DNA of 64,000 nt, from the NCBI GenBank assembly GCA_905178155.1, contig CAJINV010000005.1, forward strand, positions 8,058,515-8,122,514. Reading direction: 5' to 3'. Position 1 is the stretch's first letter, and the number at the start of each line of letters is the position of its first letter. This document shows, piece after piece, positions 25,632 to 36,800 of this stretch. A program made the position numbers and the translations under genes. The notes beneath the pieces were generated by a model. It made no database searches. It saw only the letters and a list, made by a program, of their open reading frames with translations, and had not been told where the DNA came from. This DNA comes from Amoebophrya sp. A120. Taxonomy: Eukaryota; Protista; Dinoflagellata.

Positions 25632-28600
25632 TCAGACACGCAGCGCTCTGGGTTCCTCCCAGACAGGAATTGTACTAGCTCCTGACACGACCATCGGAAA
25701 GAGCTGGGGACATCCGGCGAAAAAGCTGCTTAGCTGCAAGGATTTCACGAGACACCCCACGCGCAAATCGAAGTTGCTCTGCACCACCGGGATGATTTTT
25801 TTTTCCACCTGCTTTCCCGCACTGGTCAGACTGTGGTGGAAATCAAACAAGATAGCCGTGGGTTCAGCGAAATTAGACGCGTAGGAGATGTATCAACGGC
25901 AAATATAATCCCTGGATGTCTGGAAGTAGAGTGTAAACTTGTCATGCAGGTTTATTCCATGAACATGAGGTCTGGAATGCGGGACAGCTTTTCTTGGCAC
26001 TCCCGCAACACAGAATTTTACATGATTCGGATTTAACATGACAAGTTGCATCAATCTTCGAGACCCAGAAGACATATTTGCAATGCATAAGAGGCTGACC
26101 GTACACCGGTGGCAGAGTTTCGCGGCCACCAGAGACTTGGCGATCCACCGGGCGGCGCAGGCGGCAAACCGCTCTATTTTCCAGGGGTCCTTCATTACGA
26201 TGAAAAATGCCACCACCCCGGAATTTGCAGAAGTTTGTCATGCAAAGTTTCCAAATGAAAGAGAAAGCTTTTTGTCTTGCATAAGTAAAAGGATTGCGAG
26301 CGTTTCTGATGCAGAATCTGGGTGCGCAAGGTGCCTGGTGCATGAAAGATCCGGCTGCTGTTGGGCTACTTCGCAACACAAATTTGACCTATTCAGCATG
26401 GAAAATTTGTGATGCTGAGATATGCAAGACGGGGAATGTTTCTGTTAGAAAGGTTTGCAATACAAATGCTGCCAAGCTGGGGGTGGCGGCATTTTTCATT
26501 GTAATATCCTTCCCGGACGCGTGACGGCCGCCTTGCGTGGAGCTGCACCACCCGCCGTAGGACATGGAATCTTAGGGGGATTTTTTTTCAGCATTTCTCT
26601 CGCCTCTTTCCCTTGATGTCTATCGCACAAAGCTGAATAAGATATGCACTTTTCATACATTTATATGAAAATAAGTACACACCCGTCTTTCTCGGCACAG
26701 AAACAAACAGAATGCGGCTCGCCAAGAAAAAGGTCGCTGACCACGGTGAAACTGAAAAGTAAAAAAAATGCACAAAGTAGAGTTGAAATAATTGAGTACT
26801 TACCTGTCCTCTGCCCCGCCGCTCCACTGCCCTGATACTCGTCCGAATTCGTCGCTATGAAGGGTCTATCAACCGCAAATACTTCTGGGTCTACTGGAAA
26901 AATGCAACGTCTGTCCTGCATGCACGAGAAAGGCCATCCTCACGCACCAAAGATGGATGGCTTCATCTGCTGTTCAGGCAACAAAGATTTTTATTTGTGT
27001 CAACCAGGACTCGCAGCATGACATCAAACTTGGACTCTTACTTCCAGACCCAGACAAATTTGGTGCAGTATCAAATGTAAAAATGTCTGGGTCTGGAAGA
27101 ATGGAAGGCTTGTCATGCTTGTCTGGCATGACCCATGATGCTTGTAATGCATGACCCAGCATCACAGATTTTTGGAAAGCTTCCTGGTGCCATTTCCGCA
27201 TGACAAATGCCCTCCTCGCGTAGCACAAATGTGGCTCCTCTTACTGGTCACGCAATACAGATTTTTTTAGATTCCAAAGTTAGCATCACAAGTTCCAATC
27301 TTCCAGACCCAGACATTTTTACATTTGATATGCAGTGAATAGGTTCGATTTGACTTGTGCGTCGTGTAGTTCACGTGTAAAATGTATCCTGTGCAAAGAC
27401 GTCCCCACCCAAGAGTTGTCATGCAGAATTACAATCACAGGAAAACTTGTAATGCGCGTCCCCATGAGGGGCATTTTCAATCGTCTTGTGCAATTTGTGA
27501 TGCTGTAAACAGCATACCAGGATGGCTTTGTGATGCGGTTGTGCTTGCTATCCCGCATTACTTTACAGTACAGAGAAAATCTTGTCATGCGTGACTCCCA
27601 AAACTTGCGGATCTGTGTTGCAGAATTCCCATCTTGACTCTGGGGCGGGGGCGTTTTTACGAAGGATAAAATGGGGACGTCGACGTCTTTTTTCACCAAA
27701 AACGTGAACTCTGTCTCCTTCAGCTCCGGGAGAGGAACTTTCGCCTTCGAATCCTCACCCCCCTCGCCGCCCGCCCCGCCGGTGGCAGTTGCTGTGGTGG
27801 TACCGCTGTTCGCTGCGCTACTGCTCGATGTGCTTGTCGACGCAGATTCCATCGCGCTTATCCGCTTGCCGAGCACCACGTCGATGACAAATTGCTTGAT
27901 TTGCAGCTGCATCTCTGGTAGGGAAACTTTCCCGTCCCACCCGGAGTTGTGCACCATTATGCGATAGATTCTTAATTATCGCAAGGAAAAATCCCCCCTC
28001 CCCATATCAAAAACGAAATTTGTGATGCTGTATTTCAGTACACAAGTCGACTTGTATTGCTAGAAGGCCAAGCGCCGCAGTTGTGGCCTCGTTTGCAGGC
28101 ATTTTGTCATGCTGTTTCCCACTTCCAGCTGCCTCCTGTCATGCTGAAGATGCAAGGCTTTATTCCCACGCAGCCCAACACTACAGTCCGCATCTTTTCC
28201 CTTCTAGCATGACAAAGCTGATTTGGGACCACAAATCTGCATTACAGATTTCCGTTTTGATATGGAAAGGGGGGATCATTTTTCTTCTTGATATCACCGG
28301 CTTCAGACTACCGCTCTTCTCGTCTCGTCTGTAGACGAAAGTCACCTGCACCTTTCCGTTATTGCAATGGAAAATGCCGCCACCCCTGAACTTGGGAGCA
28401 TTTGTATTGCAAACCTTCCCAAGAGAAACGCGCGCCCTCCTGCATCTAGCAGCATCACAGATTCCCAATCGTGAATAGCGAAAATTTGTATTGCAAATGT
28501 TCCCAGCAAGAGCCGCGCTTGTCATGCATGCAATGCTATATACAACACCTAGACTCTGCAACATCACAGAGATTCATATTCCTTTCATGCATGACAAGAA

Positions 28601-31600
28601 ATGTTCATTTGGAAACTTCGCATCACAAATTACTGCTACTTGGGGGGGTGGGGGCATTTTTCACTGTAATATCCGTTCGGCTTCAACCAGGGAAGCTGCC
28701 CGGATTTTCGCGCAACGGTGAGCTGCGACGCCTGCATTTTTATTTTTTGGGAAAGCAAGTTAACATTATTGCAACTTTCGTTTACTTGATGTCATGCGCA
28801 CCAGCAACAGAAAAATGGAGTTACTTTCATCCGTGAAGCAAAGAAACAACAACCCCTACCAGTGCGTTTGCCAGTTTGCAGGAGACCGGCATAAAGTGGT
28901 CAGCTCCACTTTCCTCTATGGGGGTGCAGAACTCCCCCTACAGCTCCCGCTGATTTGTCATGCAAAATGCTAAGTCCAGCTATTTTGTTGCCTCCTGGTA
29001 CTGGATGACAAATTGAGAAATCGTCCAAAACGTATATCAACATTCGGCGGCACAACACGAATTCATTACGCACAGGCACCGCGTGTGCTCATGCACATGT
29101 GCGTACTATTGCTGTTCATCGAATTAATACAAATGCCGCGGACCTCCACGAGGAGGAGTTGTGCACTCCAATATCATCCGTCGCGTACCCAGACCCGGTG
29201 CCGAAGTCGCCGTATCATTAGAAAAAACTGCTTCGTTGTAAACTTGTGATGCATAGAACGGAACGCAAATGTGTTTGTCTTGCTACACATGCAAGACAGT
29301 GGATTTTTAGCTGTGTTTCTGTTTTCCCTTAGGAACCTTGCGTGGCAAATTTTCTCTGTCATGTAGAACAAACCTGTGAAACCTGCAAAATCCGTACAGT
29401 GAAACACTTTTTTCGTACGATACACCATTCGGAATCTGTATTGCTTCCTCGGACTTCCCCCCGCCGTAATACAGAGAGAGCGCGGAATATATCAAATGCA
29501 AAAATGTGGTCTGGGTCTGGAAAAATGCAAGATTTGTCATGCATATTTCTCATGACCCACGATGCCTGTAATGCTTGGCCTAACATCGCAGACTTTTAGA
29601 CCGCTTCCTGATGTACCTTCCGCATGAGAAATGCCCTGTCCGTGTAGCAAAAACTGTTCCCCTCTTGCTGGTCATGCAATACAAATTTTTTTAGAGTCCA
29701 AAAACAGCATGACAAGTTGCAATCTTCCAGACCCAGACATTTTTACAATCCATAGAATATCAGAGGAAACAAAACTTTCTGCTGCTGCTGCTGGGTGTCC
29801 CCTAACTGTGGTGGTAGCTTTCACAGTTTCTAAAAATGCAGAAGAACCTGTCGTCCAACATCCTTGCTGATGTAATAAGTATGTGCAAGGCGCGACGAGC
29901 AACGCCTGCTTCTAGGGTCGTTGTGGTCCTTTCTCGTTCTTAGCGACTCTGCAAAAAAAGCTGCCTCCTTGTCCTTTCATTCGATTCAATAGTGCGGGAC
30001 GAAATGAGATGAACAATGTGCAGAAGGAAGATAAAACTCCCCGACAGCACAGGAGCGAAGCCAATAGCAAATCGTTTTGTTCCTGGATAGCGAGGCCAAA
30101 TCCGGAGACTGTTCCGAGATCGCAATCACGACATTGGCCGACCGGTAGTCCATACCTGGATTTTAGAGTTTCAATGGGATCTTCACAGCGTAGGTGTCGT
30201 GGCTTAATATCGGATGATATTGCTGACACTTGATTATCTCCACTTGCGATGCAGTACTGTATTAAACAGGAGACTGGTAAACACCTTAACAGCACAGTTT
30301 GTCATGCAAAATTCGCATTCCCTTTCGCAAAAACACAACCCTCCGTATAGTACCTGTCTTCTCCTCTGAATCGTACCCGCAGTTCTGCAGGGTTTTTCTG
30401 ACGAGCAAATCGTAGTCCAATGTGCCTTTGATCGCTACTTTCTATGCATTGCAAAAAATGTGTCTGGGTCTGGAAATAAAAAAGTGATGACTTGCATTCC
30501 GCGTCTTGCATTTCTCCTGTATCAAACCTGTATTGCATGACTGGCAACTTCTACACGCGACTCTGTTTGTCATGCTGCAACAATGTGGTTTGTTGTAATG
30601 CACCTTATACTTAAGACAGCATCTACCAGAGTTTTGTCTTTGCCATGCTTGGCTGCATGAGGAATGGCCCTAGTTATGCAGAACTCAGCAACACAAGAAC
30701 TTCCCAGGCGACTCAGATCGATCTTTGCATTTGATACTTCCCCGGAGACCACCACCATTCGTGACTTGACCAAGGCGGTAAGGTTCACTCTCGCGTGCTC
30801 GTCCTGCTGTAGGGAAGCCTGTAATGCAGTTTCAGAAATACAGACAGTTACAACAGGCCAAAAAAATCGATAAGAATCCTCAACGCCCTTGTTGAAAATA
30901 ATGATCGCTGAACCACTTTATTCATATTCTTAATCTTATTCGGGCCGACGTGGTTCGTACTACTTACTCTCCGCCTAAAAGAACTTTTTAATGTTTTCTT
31001 CACAAGTGCCTGTGCCACGTGCAAATTGCTACTGCGCATCATCAAAACCTTCAATACCTGCAGTATATCATCGCAGATGACGTCGCAAAGTCGGTCGATC
31101 TGCCCTTCCGTGACCGCTTCGGAGGTTATGGATTGCAAATACGTCTGGGTCTGGAAGAGTGCGAGATTTGTCATGCTAATCTGGCATGACACTGAGCCCT
31201 GTATTGTGTGGCCAGCAAGAAATCCCTTCTTGGCCTGTCATGCAAAAACGCTGCTTCTCATGCGGAATACGCAACACAAAGCCACGGAAAGTAAATCTCT
31301 CATGCTTGGCGGCGCATTACAACAGTATGTGCCTACTGCAAACAGCAAACAGTGTGTTCACTAACATGCATCAGAACTTTCCAGACCCAGACATTTTTGC
31401 ATTTGATAGAGGTGTGCAGAAACTCATTTTCCGATAAAGCGGGGAGTGGATATCTACAGTAAATTTCCCGTACACGTACACATGCGGTCTCTGCATGACA
31501 AAAATTGGCTTCGATTCTAGTCTAGCATGACAAGTTTTACGCTTCAAATTGGTGAAATTTGTGATGCATCTACACATGTACGGGAAATTTGTATTGCATA

Positions 31601-31715
31601 GTGGAGGGAAGGCCGCACTAACCGCCTTCTCCCTGCTGGTATCGGAGGCAGCGGCCGCTTTGGGCACGTCTTTCTCCGGACTCGGAGAAGCGCCTGCTGG
31701 TTCGGTGGCGGCCAT
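25632..31715 (-). CDS. MAT: Divergent S-adenosylmethionine synthetase (MAT/MetK family); 14 introners and 4 GT-AG introns
   Basis: Reconstructed FLHTSEAVTEGQIDRLCD, ISEQSPDLA, GYATDE, WLKPNGKVQVT, YGGW...SGKDPWKIERFAACAARWIAKSLV, NFDLRVG...WEEP. Confidence 0.85.
25891..26089. mobile_element. Introner family A, internally deleted
   Basis: TSD AGATG/AGAGG. Confidence 0.8.
26193..26506. mobile_element. Introner family H (TIR TATT.CAATGAAAAATGCC.CCACCCC)
   Basis: TSD TCCTT; splits the SGKD motif of MAT. Confidence 0.9.
26571..26803 (-). other. Canonical GT-AG intron in MAT
   Basis: GTAAGT...CTAAG; joins GQRT|DSMSYGG. Confidence 0.75.
26867..27341. mobile_element. Old family A introner with a nested element in its right TIR
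   Basis: TSD GGGTC/GGTTC. Confidence 0.8.
27069..27330. mobile_element. Nested family A element
   Basis: TSD TGCAG. Confidence 0.9.
27385..27668. mobile_element. Introner family D
   Basis: TSD AAATG. Confidence 0.9.
27977..28293. mobile_element. Introner family B
   Basis: TSD decayed; removing element+5 bp still restores frame. Confidence 0.85.
28360..28671. mobile_element. Introner family H
   Basis: TSD TCCGT. Confidence 0.9.
28732..28859 (-). other. Canonical GT-AG intron in MAT
   Basis: GTAG...TGCAG; joins LANAL|ASQLT. Confidence 0.7.
28917..29173. mobile_element. Introner family E
   Basis: TSD TCCTC/TCATC. Confidence 0.85.
29213..29422. mobile_element. Introner family F
   Basis: TSD CGCCG/CACCA. 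Confidence 0.85.
29490..29754. mobile_element. Introner family A, inserted at the terminus of an older element
   Basis: TSD GAATA. Confidence 0.9.
29758..30089. mobile_element. Old degenerate introner
   Basis: Ends TATCAGAGGAAACAAAAC / GTTTTGTTCCTGGATA; removal restores SPDLA|SALSL. Confidence 0.6.
30156..30353 (-). other. Canonical GT-AG intron in MAT
   Basis: Joins EEKT|GMDYRS. Confidence 0.75.
30443..30736. mobile_element. Introner family A, degenerate
   Basis: TSD CTTTC/CTTCC. Confidence 0.8.
30819..31057 (-). other. Canonical GT-AG intron in MAT
   Basis: Joins DDILQ|ASLQQD. Confidence 0.75.
31127..31408. mobile_element. Introner family A
   Basis: TSD GAGGT. Confidence 0.9.
31451..31600. 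mobile_element. Introner, singleton TIR (TAT......AAATTTCCCGTACA)
   Basis: TSD GTGGA; frame restored. Confidence 0.85.
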
Positions 31716-33877
31716 TGTGGTTGGTTCTTATCCGTGCTGTCGTCGTGGGGCGGACGAAAAGATTTTTTTTGCGGTAGTTTATGAAGTTTCTTGGAAAAGT
31801 GCAGACGAGTACTAAGAAGGCGAGCGCAGTAAATCTAATCCACGACGGTTCAGCAATATAATTTTTAAAGAATTGCGCACGAGCGACCTAATGCTCGCAA
31901 TAAATGCTGAAGCCCAGCTCGTTATTTCTGCCTGTGCATCCTCAGATGGCAGTGTCACCAAAAAGGAACTGCAGCAAGAAGAACAAAGATACTAACAATG
32001 GTGACGTAACAAGTAATCCAGGGAGGGTCTCCGCGGAATTTTCATGAAGAACCTCGAGGCGCCGTCCTTTCGGGTGAAGTGTGTCTGTGCCCTGTGCCAC
32101 ACGATATGACAAAAAACCACGCCAGGGCCCTACCTCCGCCCAGGCAGGCAGCCGAGAACGAAGCAGGTGCCGGCCCGCCGGCGCGCGTACCATCCAGAAC
32201 GCGGCGCCCGGCGCCGCAGCCCTTCCCCAGCGCCGCAAAGACTTTGAGCACCCGTGAGACCGCACCACGCGCTGCTCGGGCTCCGTACGAACCGCAACGG
32301 GCGGCGCGCTGAGCCACCAAGGCACGCAGGGCGCCGCGCAAGGCGCCGCACGCCGAAAGGGAGAGTGGCGCCACACAAGGCGGGCGCCCCGCCCGGTCGG
32401 GATCTGCGGCAGGCCGCCCAATGGCGCCATGCCCCGGCATCTAGGCACGGAACCAGAGCGGGGCGGGGCGGGCGGCCGCTGAGTCCATCGATCACCAAAA
32501 CGAAACGGCGGGGGAACGAAAAACAGAACAACAAAGCGACGCGTTGTATTGGTGGATCTTTGCTCTCAACCCCGCGGCCTCGTCCGCCAGTTCTTTGACT
32601 AGGAACGCCCGCTCGTTGTTCGCCTTCTCCGCGTACAAAGGGGGCCGGGGCCCGCGTTTTATCGCCGGAGCGAGGGCCCGCCATTCTGGCACCTCCCAGC
32701 GCTCTCAAGAAACGCCAGAGCGGGCCGCAATCGACATCCGCGGCCCGAATGCCACTAATGTCCACGCGTTCTGGCAGGGGGGGGGGGCGGAAGCAAGCCT
32801 TCCGAACCCGCGGCCTGGCCGCGCGCGAGCGGAAGCGCCGAAGCGCAGCGGCGGTCCGCCTCGCCGGCCGCTGGTGCGTCTGGGAGCGCCGCAGGGCCGA
32901 CCTGCGGAAGGGGGGGCGCTTGGCCCAGGGCTGCGCAGATGGCTTCTTGCCCCGGCGTAAAGCCCCGCCGCGCGCGCAGGTAGCCAGCCACTTCACGCGA
33001 CCCCTCCGCCTGTGCTAGACGCACGCAGCAAACGCACCCCGCGGCGGCCGCCTTGGGGTTCGTGGAAAGCGGCACCCGGCCTGGCTGGCCCCGTTGGCAG
33101 GCGGATAAATCTACGCCGACCGTATCCCGATACAACTGGCGCCGGGCTTCTTCGGCAGCCGGTCCGGGCGCCGCGCTAAGCGCGTGCCAAAGTTGGCGCC
33201 TCTGCTTGCTGACTTCTGTTACCAGCCGGGGCGGCCCGGCGGCGGCTGGGTACGCGGGCGGGGCCGGCTAGCGCGCCGCGCCGCGCTTTCGCAGTCGTCT
33301 GCGCGCTCGCCCGCGTCTGAAAAGGGCGCGCCGCACCGGTAGGCGTTGCCGGCTCCGAGCGCGGCGCCGGTCGCTCGTCTTCGAACTCCGTACGCACGCT
33401 TCGATTTTTGGTTCTTCATTCACAGAAACCAACAATGCGGAGCAGTTCAAGATGAGCCGGATCTTTTCGTAAAGCTGCGTACTTGAACAAGAACACGACT
33501 TCCATTGCAAGCAAATAAACCGGTGACCAAAATAAGTAGTAAAAAAAGTAGCTTACATCGAATGAAATCATACTTGAAATGATCATGATCTTCACAGGGT
33601 GTAGTTTTTGATCTTATTCAAAACTTTCGAACCACCAATCAATCCCAAAGTGAAATTCGTCTCGAGTGAATGGCTCAGCGGAGCAGGCTCAAAAAGCATG
33701 CCCCTGGCTCTGGCCTCTGCACGACATCATGAGTACAATCTCGTGAGTGGCTCCCCACATCGTATTAAGTAGAAAAAGTCAGTATTATACTTCCGAAAAA
33801 GCATATAACGAGCATCAAGCGGAATTATCCGAGCAGTCATCAAGGAAGCCTGCACGACCTTCCCCCCGAGTGCTTGT

Positions 33878-36800
33878 TCACTCTACTCCACCTCCCCCCT
33901 TGTCATTCAACTCCAAATCCTGTTCCCCGACCTTCTCCGAGACCAAAAACTGGTGGCCCATTGATGAGCCAGGACAACTACCAGTCGCAGTTGCGGTGGC
34001 ACCGCCCGCAGCTTTGCTCATCTTCCCCACGACCCCCTGCGTAGCAGAAGATGTTGTAGTCGATGCCACGCCTGCCATTCCCTCTTGCTTCGTAGTCGAA
34101 TGTTGGGGCTGCAGCATTATTTCGGCACCAATGTTGCCACCAGCAGTGCTGCTGCTGTTGCTGCTCACCGCTTTCATTTCCACGTGACCGACACCTCTCA
34201 ACTCCGTGTTGGTGACAAGAATGGGCGGTTGGTTCTGCAGAGTGGTGGTGCTGGTTATCGTATGAAAAAAGTGTTTCACTGTAAGGATTTTGCAAGTTTT
34301 GCATCACAAGTTTGTTCTACATCACAGAGAAAATTTGCCATACGAGATTCCTAAGGAAAAACACAACTAAAAATCCACTGTCTTGCATGTGTAGCAAGAC
34401 AAATACTTCTCGGATGCATTTTCTGCATTACAAGTTTACAGTGAAACAGTTTTTTCTTGCGATACTGGTTGTAGTAGCCGTAGTAGTTTCCTTGATGTTC
34501 TCTCCAGCAGCTGGTAAGTGCGCTGCACTTCCCGCTATTTGATGCTCCTTCGACCCTCCGCAAGCAGATCCTACCGCCGGCGCGCCTGCGACCGCGCTAG
34601 TACCGCCATTGCCGTTAGTACCACCGCCGCCGACCCGCATTACTCCGGTGGTGTACTCTGCCAGCATGAGACAGAGCACCATGGCGCACCGCCGGCCCGC
34701 GTCGTTGTGGCCCTCGATTTGGATCATGGGCAGGTTAGACTCGTTGTCCCCCGCAATCGCTTCGATATGAGAGTGCACAACCCCCCCTCCTTCTCGTTTG
34801 CATGGCATGAGCAGCAATACAAACACAGCCACACGTGGAGCCTGTGCATTACAAATTTATGCGCCTCGTGTAGTACTGTTTGGGCTTCCGGAATTTGTCA
34901 CGCAAACAGTGCCACAGGGCAGCGCTTGGAGTTGGGGTTTTGCATTACAAATGAGAGGGAGGGGAAGTTGTGCATTGTCATATTCCACCTGCTGAAACCA
35001 CATGCGCGGCACCTGCGAGGGGCAGCATTTCTTCACCTTCTCCAATATCCAAGCGCCAGAGGCGGAAGTGGCCGCGGACGTGGGTTGTGCTGTAGCTGGC
35101 TTATTTTCCGAGGTTGGCGCAGGACGAGCTCCTGTCGCATCAGCAACGGTACCGGTCGTCGCGCCAAGAACAGCAGTATCGTCTTTCTCCTTCTCTGAGG
35201 CTGACGAAAGTGCAGGACTTGATGTGTTCGCCGTACTAGTTCCATTTCCACCTCCTCCCGCCAGTATCATCTCCTTTATCGTGAGAAAAAAAGTGTTTCA
35301 CTGTAAAGTAACAATTTCGCAAGTTTTGCATCACTTCACATTCACAGTTTGTTCTACATGACAGAAAAAATTTGCCATGCGAGATTCCTACGAGAAAACA
35401 CCACGTTTAAAAAACTAATGTCTTGCATATTTAGCAAGAGAACTTCTCCGATGCATTTTCTGCATTTTACAATTTTCGAGTGAAGCAGTTTTTTCTTGCG
35501 ATATCCTTTTCCAGCACGATATTGATCGTGCTCTGCCGGTTTTTATCCACTCCAAATAGCTAATCTGTGTCTCCTGGCACCTAACTGCAACATTTCGCAT
35601 GCTTAGCTGACAGGAAAGAAGAACCTGTCATACCTATTGCGAAGATACAGCCCCTCTCTTTTTTGTCATGCCATGAATTTGTCATGCGACAAGTTACGGA
35701 AGTACGCATAGCAGCCCAAAAACTTGTCATGCGCGGCCCCAAAAGAGGAGGCAGGGCTGCTTACACACATTCGGACATCCAGAGGACACAGATAACACAT
35801 TTTGCACTGCATAGTTCTGGAATTTTTCCGCGACCCGGAGCATCAGTTCTAGACAGTATTGTGAGGAAAAATCCCCCCTCCCCATCTCGAGAAGGAAACT
35901 TGTGCTGCTGATTTGCGACCACAAATCAGCTCTGTCTTGCATATAGCGCAAAGGGGAGCCGTTTGGCGCATTCCACAGCCAATCTGTAATGCGCTTCTGC
36001 TTACTGCAAGGGTGTCTGCCATGCCTAAGTCCTACCCTGTTGCATGCCCAACCAGGCTTAGGAATTGCCTGTCCAAGCGCCCTCTGCAGTGCAGCGGTGA
36101 TTTGTGTACAGAAATCCAGCAACAGAAATTTCCTTTTTTCCATGTGGTGGGGGCTTTTTTCACTTTGATAGACAGGACAAAATTGCTTCCAGCCGCCCCT
36201 TATCCTGTGCAAAACTATCGTACTCGTACTAATTGCAGGCCTGCATGACAAATTTTCTTTCCAAGCCAAAACAGCATGACAAATCCAATTCTCCGTGCCG
36301 AGAAAATTGGTGATGCAATTTGTACTAGTACGATGCTTTTGCAATTCATAGCCCTGAATCTCCACAATCTTGTGGTTGGAAGGGTTGATCTGCTGCTGTT
36401 CGGAAGAGGTAGTTTGTTGTGCGTTCGTTCCCGCGGGGGCATCAGCAGCTGATGACTGTCCTGGATTCGTCGATTGCGAGGTAGAGGACGATGCTGAGCC
36501 ATATCAAATGCAAATATGTCCGGGTCTGGAAGAGTCGGGGCTTGTCATGCACATTTTGCATGACCCGTGAGGTCTGTGATGCTGGTGCTAGCATCACAGA
36601 TTTTTTGAGAGCTTCTTGATGCAAACTACGCATGAGAAATGCCCTCTCCGCGTGCCAAGAGCTGACTCCTCTTGCTGCTCATGCAACACAGATATTTTTA
36701 GAATCCGCAGACAGCATTACAAGTTCCACTCTCCCAGACATGTGTGCAATCCATAAGCCGCTGGCGGTGACAACGGACGCCACATCGTGGATGTAGGTAG

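Noticed and set aside
18300-31715. SPO11 and MAT as transposon-disrupted pseudogenes
   Set aside because: Frames are intact after precise removal of every insertion, including old decayed ones, which implies continuing selection
31942-33510. Long overlapping ORFs in the GC-rich island
   Set aside because: Arg/Ala/Gly/Pro-rich frames are expected from high GC; no domain signal
35520-35850. Further decayed introner here, and possibly at ~36800-37010 and ~39940-40360
   Set aside because: Boxes or partial inverted repeats are visible but ends and TSDs could not be fixed, so not listed as features
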